Position numbers and translations under genes: made by a program. 62,516 nucleotides of DNA from Coprobacillus sp. (GTDB lineage: Bacteria > Bacillota_I > Bacilli_A > RFN20 > CAG-826): positions 1 to 62,516 of the forward strand of contig JAJQAL010000022.1 in assembly GCA_021203815.1 (NCBI GenBank), read 5' to 3'. The notes below the pieces were generated by a model. It did not search any database. It was given only the letters and a program-made list of their open reading frames with translations, and was not told the DNA's origin. Below, one piece after another: positions 62,498-62,516 of the stretch. The first letter of the stretch is position 1. Every line of letters begins with the position of its first letter.

Positions 62498-62516
62498 AAA
62501 GACTTAAAAACTAAAA

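Noticed and set aside
62450-62516. A T-box leader upstream of asnS.
   Set aside because: Only a terminator-like AT-rich hairpin is visible, and the window ends 19 nt beyond it. The specifier and T-box sequences cannot be assessed. It may simply be the terminator of the upstream gene.

Overview
This is a gene-dense 62.5-kb chromosomal segment of low to moderate GC, with about 57 CDS and 2 tRNAs. There is no rRNA, CRISPR array, transposase or integrase. About 85% of the genes lie on the minus strand.

Lineage: the content fits a Bacillota/Mollicutes-like bacterium that uses the standard genetic code. TGA acts as a stop in several ATGA start/stop overlaps (14118-14121, 43209-43212, 45146-49). 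Seven predicted lipoproteins and Mycoplasma-style ABC loci suggest an Acholeplasma/RF39-type or related wall-less or host-associated lineage. That is inference only.

Core content:
- rpmG-secE-nusG
- rplK-rplA-rplJ-rplL-rpoB-rpoC
- rpsL-rpsG-fusA-tuf
- smpB-folC
- pcrA-ligA-gatCAB-galE
- asnS
- tRNA-Ala(GGC) and tRNA-Arg(CCT)

Accessory content:
- A roughly 13-kb lipoprotein-rich ABC importer operon with two SBP paralogues, an SNase-type surface nuclease, and an ATPase carrying a ~275-aa insertion.
- A Fic-RDD-RDD operon directly downstream of tuf, with a reiterated 10-mer in its promoter.
- A 4.5-kb insertion between rpoC and rpsL: DUF4143-type AAA ATPase, GH13 lipoprotein, Cof phosphatase and a flavin-reductase-like protein.
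- ktrBA inserted between nusG and rplK.
- A fused MacB-type ABC protein.
- An overlapping sir2-HAD-PTP operon.
- A cluster of uncharacterised membrane proteins.

I do not see a clear-cut new multi-gene system such as a defence island or mobile element. The best candidates for follow-up are the nuclease/ABC operon and its ATPase insertion, the Fic-RDD-RDD module with its repeated operator-like 10-mer, and the 33-bp phased repeats upstream of the AAA ATPase.

The ORF track counts TTG and GTG as starts, so I trimmed several N-terminal extensions (rplJ, rpmG, Cof, PTP, Trx-like).
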